Origin: a virus
Lineage: Duplodnaviria; Caudoviricetes
Virus record (IMG/VR): IMGVR_UViG_3300025646_000091
Location: 1-43,554 of that record
Reading direction: 5' to 3' (one strand)
Length of the DNA: 43,554 nt
The position numbers and the translations under genes are program-made. The notes beneath the pieces are model-generated. The model saw only the letters and a program-made list of their open reading frames with translations, was not told the origin of the DNA and made no database searches. The stretch's first letter is position 1. Every line of letters starts with the position of its first letter. Below, one piece after another: positions 35,209-43,475 of this stretch.

Positions 35209-36270
35209 TCAAACAATTGAACCAAGTGGTTTTGATCCGGCAGTTGCACACAAAGTAAGCATAGTGCGAACCAACCCTCTTTTTCCTCCACCATCAGGAT
35301 CAACCAAGTCGATTGACTTGATATCCTCAAGATAACGGAGTTCAAGATGAGAATCATCAGGAATGAGGTATGCACGATTTCTTTGTGCAGTACCCAAAAC
35401 TCCCCCGGATGTGAAACCAAGCAGAAGAGATGGAATCATTAAAACCCGTCCCCAATCTGAGATGTACTCTTGTACGCTCAAACGAAGAACACCATCACCA
35501 ACATTCTGAGTCAATGAGTAAGCAGGGTGACCATTTGTGGTTGCAACATTCAAGCGAGTGAAGTCACTAATTTCATTAATAACTGCAGGACCGGCAACTA
35601 ACCTATACGAAGAAGCATTTCCATGATTTTCGTAAACAGATTGAAGCAAGTTTCTGAAGTCATTTTCAGTCATTGCATTACTATTCCCCGTCATGTCAAA
35701 ACGACTATTAGTAACTGCCCGGTATTTTTGCTTTGTAGCATCTGAGTAGATCGAAGTGTTGGCCGGATCAGTCCATGTACCAAGACCTGCTAAAGTATCC
35801 CCGGAGGAATTTGTTCCGGTGCTAATATCGGTATCAGAACCAATAAGTGCTTCGATATCACGCTTGAGTTCCACTAAACTTCGTGCTTTTGAACTTCCGT
35901 ATAAATCCGATGGGCCAGCAACGCTAACTGCTTGTGCCTGAGGAGTTACTGCAAAAGTACGCTCCAATTGTTGGATTCTGTTTCCAAGTCTTGCTCGTTG
36001 AGTGGTTTTATCCTCAAAGTCGTCTGCGACACCACTAACACCACCTGTATATTTCAGGGGTTTACCATCAATTACTCCCGGAAATTGTGGAGCACTAAGG
36101 TCATCCACTAACCATTCCGAAAACATTGCGGTTGCTTTTGGCCCACGGGGGAGCAGAGAAAATAGAGGTGTGGTTTCTACCGCAGTTCGTCTCAATGTAT
36201 TGTCAAGTGACTCACGAGCACCACGCTCAGAGGGACGATCACCTAAAGAATATGAAGTTGCTGTTGCCAT
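35209..36270 (-). CDS. Major capsid protein (SU10/DUF5309-like)
   Basis: RESL...ETTPLFS...EWLVDDL...GNRIQ...ELKRDIE...YISDWG; follows the scaffold and precedes a terminator. Confidence 0.88.
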   Translation of the reverse strand: MATATSYSLGDRPSERGARESLDNTLRRTAVETTPLFSLLPRGPKATAMFSEWLVDDLSAPQFPGVIDGKPLKYTGGVSGVADDFEDKTTQRARLGNRIQQLERTFAVTPQAQAVSVAGPSDLYGSSKARSLVELKRDIEALIGSDTDISTGTNSSGDTLAGLGTWTDPANTSIYSDATKQKYRAVTNSRFDMTGNSNAMTENDFRNLLQSVYENHGNASSYRLVAGPAVINEISDFTRLNVATTNGHPAYSLTQNVGDGVLRLSVQEYISDWGRVLMIPSLLLGFTSGGVLGTAQRNRAYLIPDDSHLELRYLEDIKSIDLVDPDGGGKRGLVRTMLTLCATAGSKPLGSIV

Positions 36271-36283
36271 AATAAAATAAGAA

Positions 36284-37300
36284 TTAAGAGTTAGATAAAA
36301 ATGCAGAAAGTTGATCCTGCGTTATGTTTCCTTCCCCTAAAAATTTCTTTCTTATATCTGATGAACTACTTTGATTCCTTGCCGGAGGTGAAACATCACT
36401 ATTCGGTGATGTTGGAGGTGGAGGAGTTGGCCTTTTTACTGCAATTTTTTTTGCAGGTTTTTTAGTGGATGCTTTACTCTTCAAAGAGTTAACACCTTCA
36501 ATCATGAGACCTCGCAAGTATAAACCATTTGGTAATTTATCCAAAGGTTTTAAAGATGGGTCTTTAAGCATTCTCCCCAACAATTTATATTCATCAGATT
36601 CCGTATCACGCATGAAAGAGAAGTCTCTTTTTGCTAATTCATCTGACTGATATTTTTTTGTTAAGAACTCTTTTCTTGCCGGGATTAATTCATCAAGGTG
36701 CTCTTCTGCTGATCGCAGAATCCCCTTGATTTCCGCACGGGTATATTGTCTGTCACCATCTTCAACATAATCCTCATCCTCATGTTGCCTTGCCCACTTT
36801 TTGGCGGACAATGCTTCTTGACGAAGTTGCTCAAGTTGCTCGATGGTTTGAGCGTTTTCAATGGTTGGGTTCTCGACAACCTTTTGGTCCAATTTCATGG
36901 ACTCAACCTGTGCGGATAATGCCTGAACTGCCTCTTCAGCACTTTTGCTTCTAGCAGTTAATCGCCCAATCTGTTTTAAAAGTTTTTTAACACTTTTAGG
37001 TTGGCCTTCATCATCCTGATCCAATTCCTCATCATCTGAGTCTTCTTCCTCCTCAGATTTACTCTGAGCGATGGCAGATTCCTCAGAAATCTCGACATCA
37101 GATTCTGTTTGTTCATTAGACTGAGAAAGAACATCTTCAGATGTTGCTTGATCCCCACCAAGTTGTTCAGTTGGTTCACTTGCGTCATCTTGAGATTCTT
37201 CACTTAAAAAATTAAGTAAATCCTCTTGGGAAAGATTTCCTGTTTTTGCATCTGTTGCGTTTTGATTGTCTGCAACCTCGACTACTTCTGTTTCATTCAT
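36284..37300 (-). CDS. Capsid scaffolding protein
   Basis: Acidic N-terminus, KQIGRLTARSK coiled coil, Pro-rich C-terminus; directly upstream of the MCP gene. Confidence 0.75.
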   Translation of the reverse strand: MNETEVVEVADNQNATDAKTGNLSQEDLLNFLSEESQDDASEPTEQLGGDQATSEDVLSQSNEQTESDVEISEESAIAQSKSEEEEDSDDEELDQDDEGQPKSVKKLLKQIGRLTARSKSAEEAVQALSAQVESMKLDQKVVENPTIENAQTIEQLEQLRQEALSAKKWARQHEDEDYVEDGDRQYTRAEIKGILRSAEEHLDELIPARKEFLTKKYQSDELAKRDFSFMRDTESDEYKLLGRMLKDPSLKPLDKLPNGLYLRGLMIEGVNSLKSKASTKKPAKKIAVKRPTPPPPTSPNSDVSPPARNQSSSSDIRKKFLGEGNITQDQLSAFLSNS

Positions 37301-37340
37301 ATCTGCATTTTTTTAAGTCGCATTCTTATTTTTGTTTTCT

Positions 37341-37376
37341 GCAGGAAAGAAGTTTCCTGCCATAGTAGGAATTATA
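37341..37376 (-). promoter_or_regulatory. Putative promoter (-10 TATAAT) and leader hairpin for the scaffold-capsid unit
   Basis: TATAAT on the - strand at 37371-37376; perfect hairpin GCAGGAAA-N4-TTTCCTGC at 37341-37360; no canonical -35. Confidence 0.4.
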
Positions 37377-37404
37377 TCCCCTAAATTTTTTATTTAGACT
37401 AGAT

Positions 37405-37590
37405 TTATTCTTCTTCTTCGATGTCAAAATCTGCCTCAAACTCGACAACCATTTCGTCCAACCATTTATTAACTGCCTTGAGAACTGCCTTAGCGATTTG
37501 AACTTCTTCAAGATCGCATTCTTCACTCCAACGATTAAGTAATGCTTTAGTTTCACTTTTAATTTTTTTCTTCGCTCCGGCACTCATCAA
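37405..37590 (-). CDS. Hypothetical protein, about 60 aa
   Basis: Acidic tail VEFEADFDIEEEE; overlaps the upstream gene. Confidence 0.5.
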   Translation of the reverse strand: MMSAGAKKKIKSETKALLNRWSEECDLEEVQIAKAVLKAVNKWLDEMVVEFEADFDIEEEE

Positions 37591-37777
37591 TCTGTTCTAT
37601 TAGGATATTTAGAACAGAAATGCCTCCTGCTAAATACGCTAGTAATTGGGGGTTTTCGGCATTTGCCATATTGCTTAAATCCGCAACATTTGTGTCTTTG
37701 CTATGCTTGAGTATGTCATAAATAAACTCAAACTCAGGCATTCCCTCTAATTTTAAAACTGCTTCTTCTAATGTCAT
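37559..37777 (-). CDS. Small portal-adjacent protein, 72 aa
   Basis: Coupled to the portal stop (TAATG); LAYLAGGI helix like Bbp19-type podophage proteins. Confidence 0.6.
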   Translation of the reverse strand: MTLEEAVLKLEGMPEFEFIYDILKHSKDTNVADLSNMANAENPQLLAYLAGGISVLNILIEQIDECRSEEKN

Positions 37778-39843
37778 TAGTATGCTGAACTAGCAGGAAC
37801 ATTACCCGGAGGTGCTCCCATCCTGCCCGTAAGGGCGTTTCTGCGTTGAGCGTCTTGGTGCTCAAGCATTTTTATGTAATTTTCAATTCTCGCTTTAAAT
37901 CCTTCCTCACTCTGTAAGCGATTTTGGATGTCTGTTGCCGGAATCTCTTCAGTTCCTTGGAGATATTGTTGGATTATTTGTTGGCGTAATTGAGTGTTTG
38001 CGTTGGGGGGAGCATTAACAACCTGCCCTGATGCTATTTTGGCAATGTCTTGCGAGGTCTCCTCAACTTCCTTTTCTTGTGCCTCTTGCTTAGGCATTAT
38101 AAGTCTATCAGCAAGAGTTGGATCAATGCTTTCAGCGAAGAGTTTTAAGAACTCTTCGTATCTCGCTACACCTTCTCTATCAAATTTACTAAAAATATCA
38201 CCCAATGCTTTGAGTCGATCAATTGCTTGTGCCTGATCGAGTGTGTTAGCGTCAAAAGTTAGGGTGAAGTCAAAAAACTCAGAGACATCATCAAAAGCAA
38301 CTTGTAAATCTTGTTCGTTGCTTAATGCCCTGACCCATGACTCCTGTCCCCCGTAGGTTTTCTGTAAATACCAAATTTGCTTTAAAACAGGTCTCCAATT
38401 ATCTAACCATGTTGCGATCCTGTCCTGACGAATTAAATTTGCCTCGATTTTATCTTCCTCAGAGGTTGGCCTACCCATGATTTGGCGAGCAATATTTCTA
38501 AGACTTTGCTCAACCTCCATGCTTGCAGGAGAGTATTTTGGAATATCAAGAAATGTAACCTCACCCGGTCTGCGGACAGGTATAATTGAACCCGGACCAA
38601 CTCGTTGAGGTTTTCGCCCAACAAGATGTTGGATTGGGGGCAAAGTAGATAAACTTGCCCGGTCAATCCTCATGTCTTGCTCAACTTTTATACCCTGCTC
38701 ATAAGGTCTTAAAATCTCCGCAATTCCACGGGAGTCTAAAAGCCTATGATTAATTGTTTCTCTTGCAAATGCAGTAAATGGATATACGCCCTTGCCATAT
38801 TTATTTACCTCATGCTTTGCGTAAAGTTCAGAGTCCTCACTAAATATTGTCTGAGTGATTAATGGCACTCCATCATCATCAATGACCCTCCTGTAACATG
38901 TTATGAGTCTAATTAATCCCTCTGTATGATCCACATGCGACTGATTAACAAAATGATTATGCTCAGGGTACATGACTGCAGTCTTCCCCTTATTGGCACT
39001 CTTTATTACATCATTAACAAACTTTTCATCATACTCTTCTAGTATGACTTTCTCTTTTAAATCTTCAGGTGTATGATGGTGAACACAATAGACTGATCTT
39101 GCGTTCTGAATGTCATTTAAAACATTTGAGTCGAAGATTATTTCTCTGCCAATCTCATATGCTCTTATGCATGGACGATTCTCAACTAGTCTTTCAGTAG
39201 GAATGTCTGTCACCCCTTTGGACATCAAATCCTTCAGCATCTTGTTTGTTTTGCGTTTCTTTAAATTAGGAAACGCTTCCTGCATTAAATCCCTTGCTGA
39301 TTCATCCCCTGCCATAATTGCTTCCGCTAAATCAGGGTTTGCTTCCGCAATTTGCTCGATATCAATTTGCTCGTAATAACGATCAATTTTGCGTTTCCAA
39401 TAAACGCCAAGAATACCTGCACCATACATTAACATGTTATTTGCCAATATAGTGGTCTCCCGGTCAAATTCCTGCATTGTGCTTAGTGTCCAACGCATGT
39501 ACTTACCTACCAAGGAAGCAACTCTTAGGTCACCTGCTTCCGTAGGTACTGCCTTCATATTTCCTGCAGTAACTGATCTTTTAAGGATTGCTATATCCTC
39601 AGTTATATTTTGATCGATTAATCCAATCGACATGTCTGATGCTCCCTGCCAAGGAAATGCATCAGTTCCTTCTTTGCGGTTTCTTTTATTTTTTCCCGGC
39701 CAAATCGAAAACCTTAAATCCCTTGCCTCATCTGCCTCATTACTGAAATAACTTAAATTTGTCCTACAACGATCTAAATCACCTTTTAGGTCATTAATGT
39801 CGGGTTTTTCAGAGAATTTATATTCCTGCTCTTCGTTTTCCAT
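37777..39843 (-). CDS. Portal protein (podovirus, P22-like)
   Basis: 688 aa between TerL and scaffold; AFPWQGASD, YGAGILGVYW, YPF...RE...DSRGIAE, Gln-rich C-terminus. Confidence 0.85.
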   Translation of the reverse strand: MENEEQEYKFSEKPDINDLKGDLDRCRTNLSYFSNEADEARDLRFSIWPGKNKRNRKEGTDAFPWQGASDMSIGLIDQNITEDIAILKRSVTAGNMKAVPTEAGDLRVASLVGKYMRWTLSTMQEFDRETTILANNMLMYGAGILGVYWKRKIDRYYEQIDIEQIAEANPDLAEAIMAGDESARDLMQEAFPNLKKRKTNKMLKDLMSKGVTDIPTERLVENRPCIRAYEIGREIIFDSNVLNDIQNARSVYCVHHHTPEDLKEKVILEEYDEKFVNDVIKSANKGKTAVMYPEHNHFVNQSHVDHTEGLIRLITCYRRVIDDDGVPLITQTIFSEDSELYAKHEVNKYGKGVYPFTAFARETINHRLLDSRGIAEILRPYEQGIKVEQDMRIDRASLSTLPPIQHLVGRKPQRVGPGSIIPVRRPGEVTFLDIPKYSPASMEVEQSLRNIARQIMGRPTSEEDKIEANLIRQDRIATWLDNWRPVLKQIWYLQKTYGGQESWVRALSNEQDLQVAFDDVSEFFDFTLTFDANTLDQAQAIDRLKALGDIFSKFDREGVARYEEFLKLFAESIDPTLADRLIMPKQEAQEKEVEETSQDIAKIASGQVVNAPPNANTQLRQQIIQQYLQGTEEIPATDIQNRLQSEEGFKARIENYIKMLEHQDAQRRNALTGRMGAPPGNVPASSAY

Positions 39844-39853
39844 GTGAAAAGAG

Positions 39854-40111
39854 TCATTTTAAATCACATTTTGCAAATTTAGACCTAATTTTTCTGATTG
39901 CTTCCATCTCTGTTCGATAAATCACCATTCGATCAACCCCACAAAATTCTGCAATTTCATCATAAGTCATTCGATCAGGGACTCTTTCCTCACGCAGATA
40001 CTCCTGTGCCTTTATCCGCATAAGATGCCGAAGCATGGCATCCACCCGGTTAGATTTGTCTTTTGCAGACTCAGACCACTCTGTAGTGTTTTTCATCAAT
40101 TTGCTGAACAC
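39854..40111 (-). CDS. Stand-alone sigma-70 region-4-like HTH protein
   Basis: MTYDEIAEFCGVDRMVIYRTEMEAIRKIR. Confidence 0.65.
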   Translation of the reverse strand: MFSKLMKNTTEWSESAKDKSNRVDAMLRHLMRIKAQEYLREERVPDRMTYDEIAEFCGVDRMVIYRTEMEAIRKIRSKFAKCDLK

Positions 40112-40358
40112 TTACTTTTTGCCCTTGGGGGTAATGCAGTCCCTGCCTGATTACTGCAGGGACTACATCATCACCGATTTTTACAAGTATCATCCTTGGG
40201 TTGATAACCCTTCGATAAATAATGCCTTCATGAGTCCTTGGGAACTCAGGTTCTTTCTTGTGGTATCTCCGGGCAGTTGAAACTGACACATTTAAGGTTT
40301 TAGCAACCTCTCCCCATGTTTTACCTTGATCCCTTAATATTTTTACTTCCGCTTCCAT
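40071..40358 (-). CDS. HTH DNA-binding protein with a small C-terminal beta domain
   Basis: LRDQGKTWGEVAKTLNVSVSTARRY. Confidence 0.65.
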   Translation of the reverse strand: MEAEVKILRDQGKTWGEVAKTLNVSVSTARRYHKKEPEFPRTHEGIIYRRVINPRMILVKIGDDVVPAVIRQGLHYPQGQKVSVQQIDEKHYRVV

Positions 40359-40879
40359 GATGGTTGTTCTCCGAATGTGCTAACAGGAAAGTTAGTCTTT
40401 AAGTGCTTGTAGTCACATTTGTAGTGAGGAGTTGGGGTCTCATGCTTGACCCTTTTGTCCATATAGACCTCATGTTTACACCAACCCATTAACCAAACGA
40501 TTGGAGTCTTCTCAGACTCATCTATGGTCATTGCTACATATATGTCAGGTTTTCTTGCCCTCGATTCACTCTTTGAATCGCTTACGCAAAAGTGATCTGC
40601 CTTCTCCCCCTTATCTGATGCTTTTATATCAATGATTAGTCCATCATTGGTAATGAAATCAACATTCACATGAGTGGGTCTTTTTTCTAAAGTTATATCA
40701 GGGAATAAGTTAAAATGCTTTGCGAATGCATATTCGCCAAGCATTCCCACATAACTTATGTCTTGCCTAGAAGAACCCCTAAAATCTTTACTACCTTTGT
40801 TTGCGTTTGTGATATCCCTCAACTGCCCAATGAGTTTGCAAATAGCAACATCTGCAGGACGCATAGTTATTCTGATCAT
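40343..40879 (-). CDS. PD-(D/E)XK restriction-endonuclease-like protein
   Basis: GMLGEYAFAKHF...VDF...IDIKAS...DIYV...LMGW; likely start MIRITMR just after the TerL stop. Confidence 0.55.
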   Translation of the reverse strand: MIRITMRPADVAICKLIGQLRDITNANKGSKDFRGSSRQDISYVGMLGEYAFAKHFNLFPDITLEKRPTHVNVDFITNDGLIIDIKASDKGEKADHFCVSDSKSESRARKPDIYVAMTIDESEKTPIVWLMGWCKHEVYMDKRVKHETPTPHYKCDYKHLKTNFPVSTFGEQPSWKRK

Positions 40880-40880
40880 C

Positions 40881-42560
40881 TTAATATCCTCCTGTATTTG
40901 TGATCTTAAAATCATTGTCCTCTAAATATTCGTAGTTCCCAATTGCGATGTATCGTAAAGCGTCAACAGGGTCTTTGCAGGGTGCTTTCAACCCGTGATC
41001 GATCCTGTAGTTCATGCAACAGAATATTGTATTCTGACATGCATCACTAAAAATTAACTTACTATGATTGTCGGAGTTAATCGGCATTGATGGGTCATAA
41101 CTCAACAATGTGTTTATTGCCTGTAACCCATCATCAATATGCATTGCTTCCGCAGGGTAACAATTTATGCCCTCCTCTTGTAAGTCGCATATAATATTGC
41201 TTGTTCCCTCTGCTTTGAGATAAGAAGCAGACCCCATACGGGGGTCTATGATTATCTCAAGGTTACCCGTCATTCCAATGACTTCGTTGTCATCAATGCC
41301 TTTTACCATTTCCCTAATCTCGTAGGCATATTCCTTGATCCCAAACCCGTTTGCCTTTTGGCCTTCACCGGGCATACCTCCTTTTTCTGATCCCCGGTCT
41401 AAATCTGCCCATTCACCAATTGATGCGTCAGGGTATTCCTTTATTACATAATGTACACCATTGGGACTCACACCAACAAGCAACATGAACCATGACTTTG
41501 ATCCTGCAGGGTCAATAGATAGAATGTATCTTGCCGGGTTGTTTTTAGGGTCTTTAATTATCGGTATTTGATCATGGGGCATGATCACTTTATCTGTGAG
41601 CAACTTAAAAGTAGTGTCAGAAGGTTTTGTCGGCACTCCATACGCCCGACAAAGAATCTCATCCCGTCTGCAACCCTTTAGTTGACTTTTCATTGCCTCC
41701 CAACCCCCGTAAGGATTGTTTTTCGTGTGAAAGTACACTACAGAAGCAGACTGACGCAGGGGATGCTGAATAAGAGGCACTTTCTCACCCGGCAATAATT
41801 CTGCGTCAGTCTCTTTTATTGTTTTTGCTCCTGAAAGATAAGAGTTCACACATTGCGTCCATCCTGAGATGGTTGTGAAAGTTGCAATAATGCGAGCAGG
41901 GTTAACACTCCCATTATCCCCATCCATGTGTGACCGGGTTAAACACCTATAACGAGTGGTGGAAATCCAATTTAGGGGTACTTCTTCGTCAAACCATGCT
42001 CCTATGTTAAATGACCCCTCTACAGGGGGCATTGGGCATCCTATCTCTCCTCCCTCAATGGTCTCAATATTCTGAGACCAATTTCGGAACTCGATTCGTG
42101 AAAGATTGGGTAATATCAGACTGCTATTAGTGAATCCATTTTTAGTGCTATATGATATATAATAGGTCCGACTCCTACCAAGGTTCTTAAACTCGTTAGG
42201 CAGGTTGTGAAAGATCAATGCCTGTTGGTGAGCGATGCTATTTTGCGAGGTTGCAGTAAAACACCATATAACGCTATTCGGATTCATTACTGCTGACTGC
42301 ACAACCCTCTTACTCGCCCAAAATGACTTGCCTGACCTGTTACCCCCAAGGGTTAACACTTCCCCGTGGTTTTTTAACTCCCGGTCCGCTAGTGACCAAT
42401 GACCTAATTCTGTACCAAAGTTGTAGGGATCGTCTTTCTCCCGGTTAATTGCGTCCTCTCGCTTTTGATAGTAATCCAATAACTTCTCTGCCCCCATCTT
42501 GATCTGATCTTCCTTGGATGGGATTTTGAGTATTGGATGATGTGTCCAACTTAGTGCCAT
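40881..42560 (-). CDS. terL: Terminase large subunit
   Basis: Walker A GGNRSGKS, Walker B AWFDEE, coupling motif TFT, nuclease motifs SIDPAG and DPVDALRY. Confidence 0.93.
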   Translation of the reverse strand: MALSWTHHPILKIPSKEDQIKMGAEKLLDYYQKREDAINREKDDPYNFGTELGHWSLADRELKNHGEVLTLGGNRSGKSFWASKRVVQSAVMNPNSVIWCFTATSQNSIAHQQALIFHNLPNEFKNLGRSRTYYISYSTKNGFTNSSLILPNLSRIEFRNWSQNIETIEGGEIGCPMPPVEGSFNIGAWFDEEVPLNWISTTRYRCLTRSHMDGDNGSVNPARIIATFTTISGWTQCVNSYLSGAKTIKETDAELLPGEKVPLIQHPLRQSASVVYFHTKNNPYGGWEAMKSQLKGCRRDEILCRAYGVPTKPSDTTFKLLTDKVIMPHDQIPIIKDPKNNPARYILSIDPAGSKSWFMLLVGVSPNGVHYVIKEYPDASIGEWADLDRGSEKGGMPGEGQKANGFGIKEYAYEIREMVKGIDDNEVIGMTGNLEIIIDPRMGSASYLKAEGTSNIICDLQEEGINCYPAEAMHIDDGLQAINTLLSYDPSMPINSDNHSKLIFSDACQNTIFCCMNYRIDHGLKAPCKDPVDALRYIAIGNYEYLEDNDFKITNTGGY

Positions 42561-42935
42561 TCCTAAGCATTACCATGCAATGATCTCTCCTGTTCCGTTA
42601 TGTCCCTTAATGTCCTAAGAGTGAATTATCGATATGGATAATTCACACCTTGACTTGCAGGAACGATAAGGGAGTTCCCTTAATATCCCCTTGACAATTG
42701 TAAAAATTTTTTTCTTTCGCCAAATCGGTCGATTTGGAAAGGGGGGGAGTATTTTTGACCCCCCCCTCCCCCCTTTTTATGTCAGAATGCTGACAATATT
42801 TTGCGTAAGTCATTGATTTACAACACAAACCAAATGATATCATATCTATTTTCACAAAATGTATGTCTAATTTGTGAAAACTTTTAATATACTTGCACCA
42901 ATCCGAAATAATCACCCATCAATTCCGTAATTACC
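42561..42935. promoter_or_regulatory. Divergent TerL/TerS intergenic region; candidate packaging-initiation and control site
   Basis: TGT(T/C)C three times at 10-bp phase, perfect IR GTGAATTATC-N6-GATAATTCAC (42621-42646), G7/C-run hairpin (42738-42777), IHF consensus on the - strand (42806-42818). Confidence 0.5.
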
Positions 42936-43475
42936 ATGCCTACAAAAAAGAAACGCAAGGTCATCATCCCTGACAACCTACCTGCAATCACTAGCGAAGA
43001 GGACTTTTGTCCAAGCATATTCACCGGGAACAAACTCGCTGAGAATGACCCTGAAAGATACGCTAAGATCGTTCAGGGTTTGGGTGAGGGTAAAGCATTA
43101 ACTCGACTTGCAAAGGAACATAAGGTTGCTCCTGAGACCATTGTAGCAATCAGCAAGAGAGAGAAGAAAAGTATTGATGCAGTACAGAACCTGACAATGG
43201 GTCTGACATCCTATGCATCGCAAGCATGTCTCATGAAGATCATTGAGAAGTTAGATGCTGATAAGATTCCACCGGGGGTGTTGCCCATTGCATTTGGTAT
43301 TCTCCGGGATAAAGAAAAGAATGATTTAGGTCAGGCAACATCAATAGTCGAACATAAGAAAGTTCTTACTATTGATGAGGTGAAGAAAGAGTTAGATGCC
43401 ATGCAAGCAGAGGTCATTGATATTACAAGTAATGATGATGCAATGCTTATTAATGGGTGTGATACCCTTGGTTAA
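42936..43475 (+). CDS. Putative terminase small subunit (HTH protein), 179 aa
   Basis: HTH LGEGKALTRLAKEHKVAPETI, helical core, AFGILRDK...LGQATSIVEH and EVIDI tail, as in TerS-like proteins; adjacent to and divergent from terL. Confidence 0.55.
   Translation: MPTKKKRKVIIPDNLPAITSEEDFCPSIFTGNKLAENDPERYAKIVQGLGEGKALTRLAKEHKVAPETIVAISKREKKSIDAVQNLTMGLTSYASQACLMKIIEKLDADKIPPGVLPIAFGILRDKEKNDLGQATSIVEHKKVLTIDEVKKELDAMQAEVIDITSNDDAMLINGCDTLG

Noticed and set aside
9427-40903. Numerous short antisense or alternate-frame ORFs in the ORF track within long structural genes (e.g. 17136..17651, 30373..30948, 30961..31431, 32672..33130)
   Set aside because: Shadow ORFs of long genes or of the coding repeat; no motifs or RBS, and biased composition.
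42621-42646. Palindrome as a protelomerase (telRL) site
   Set aside because: It is short and interrupted by a 6-bp asymmetric spacer, and the recombinase looks like an integrase rather than a TelN-type enzyme.
42643-42915. 90-aa ORF in the terL/terS gap
   Set aside because: It runs through homopolymer tracts and palindromes; the region is better explained as regulatory or packaging DNA.
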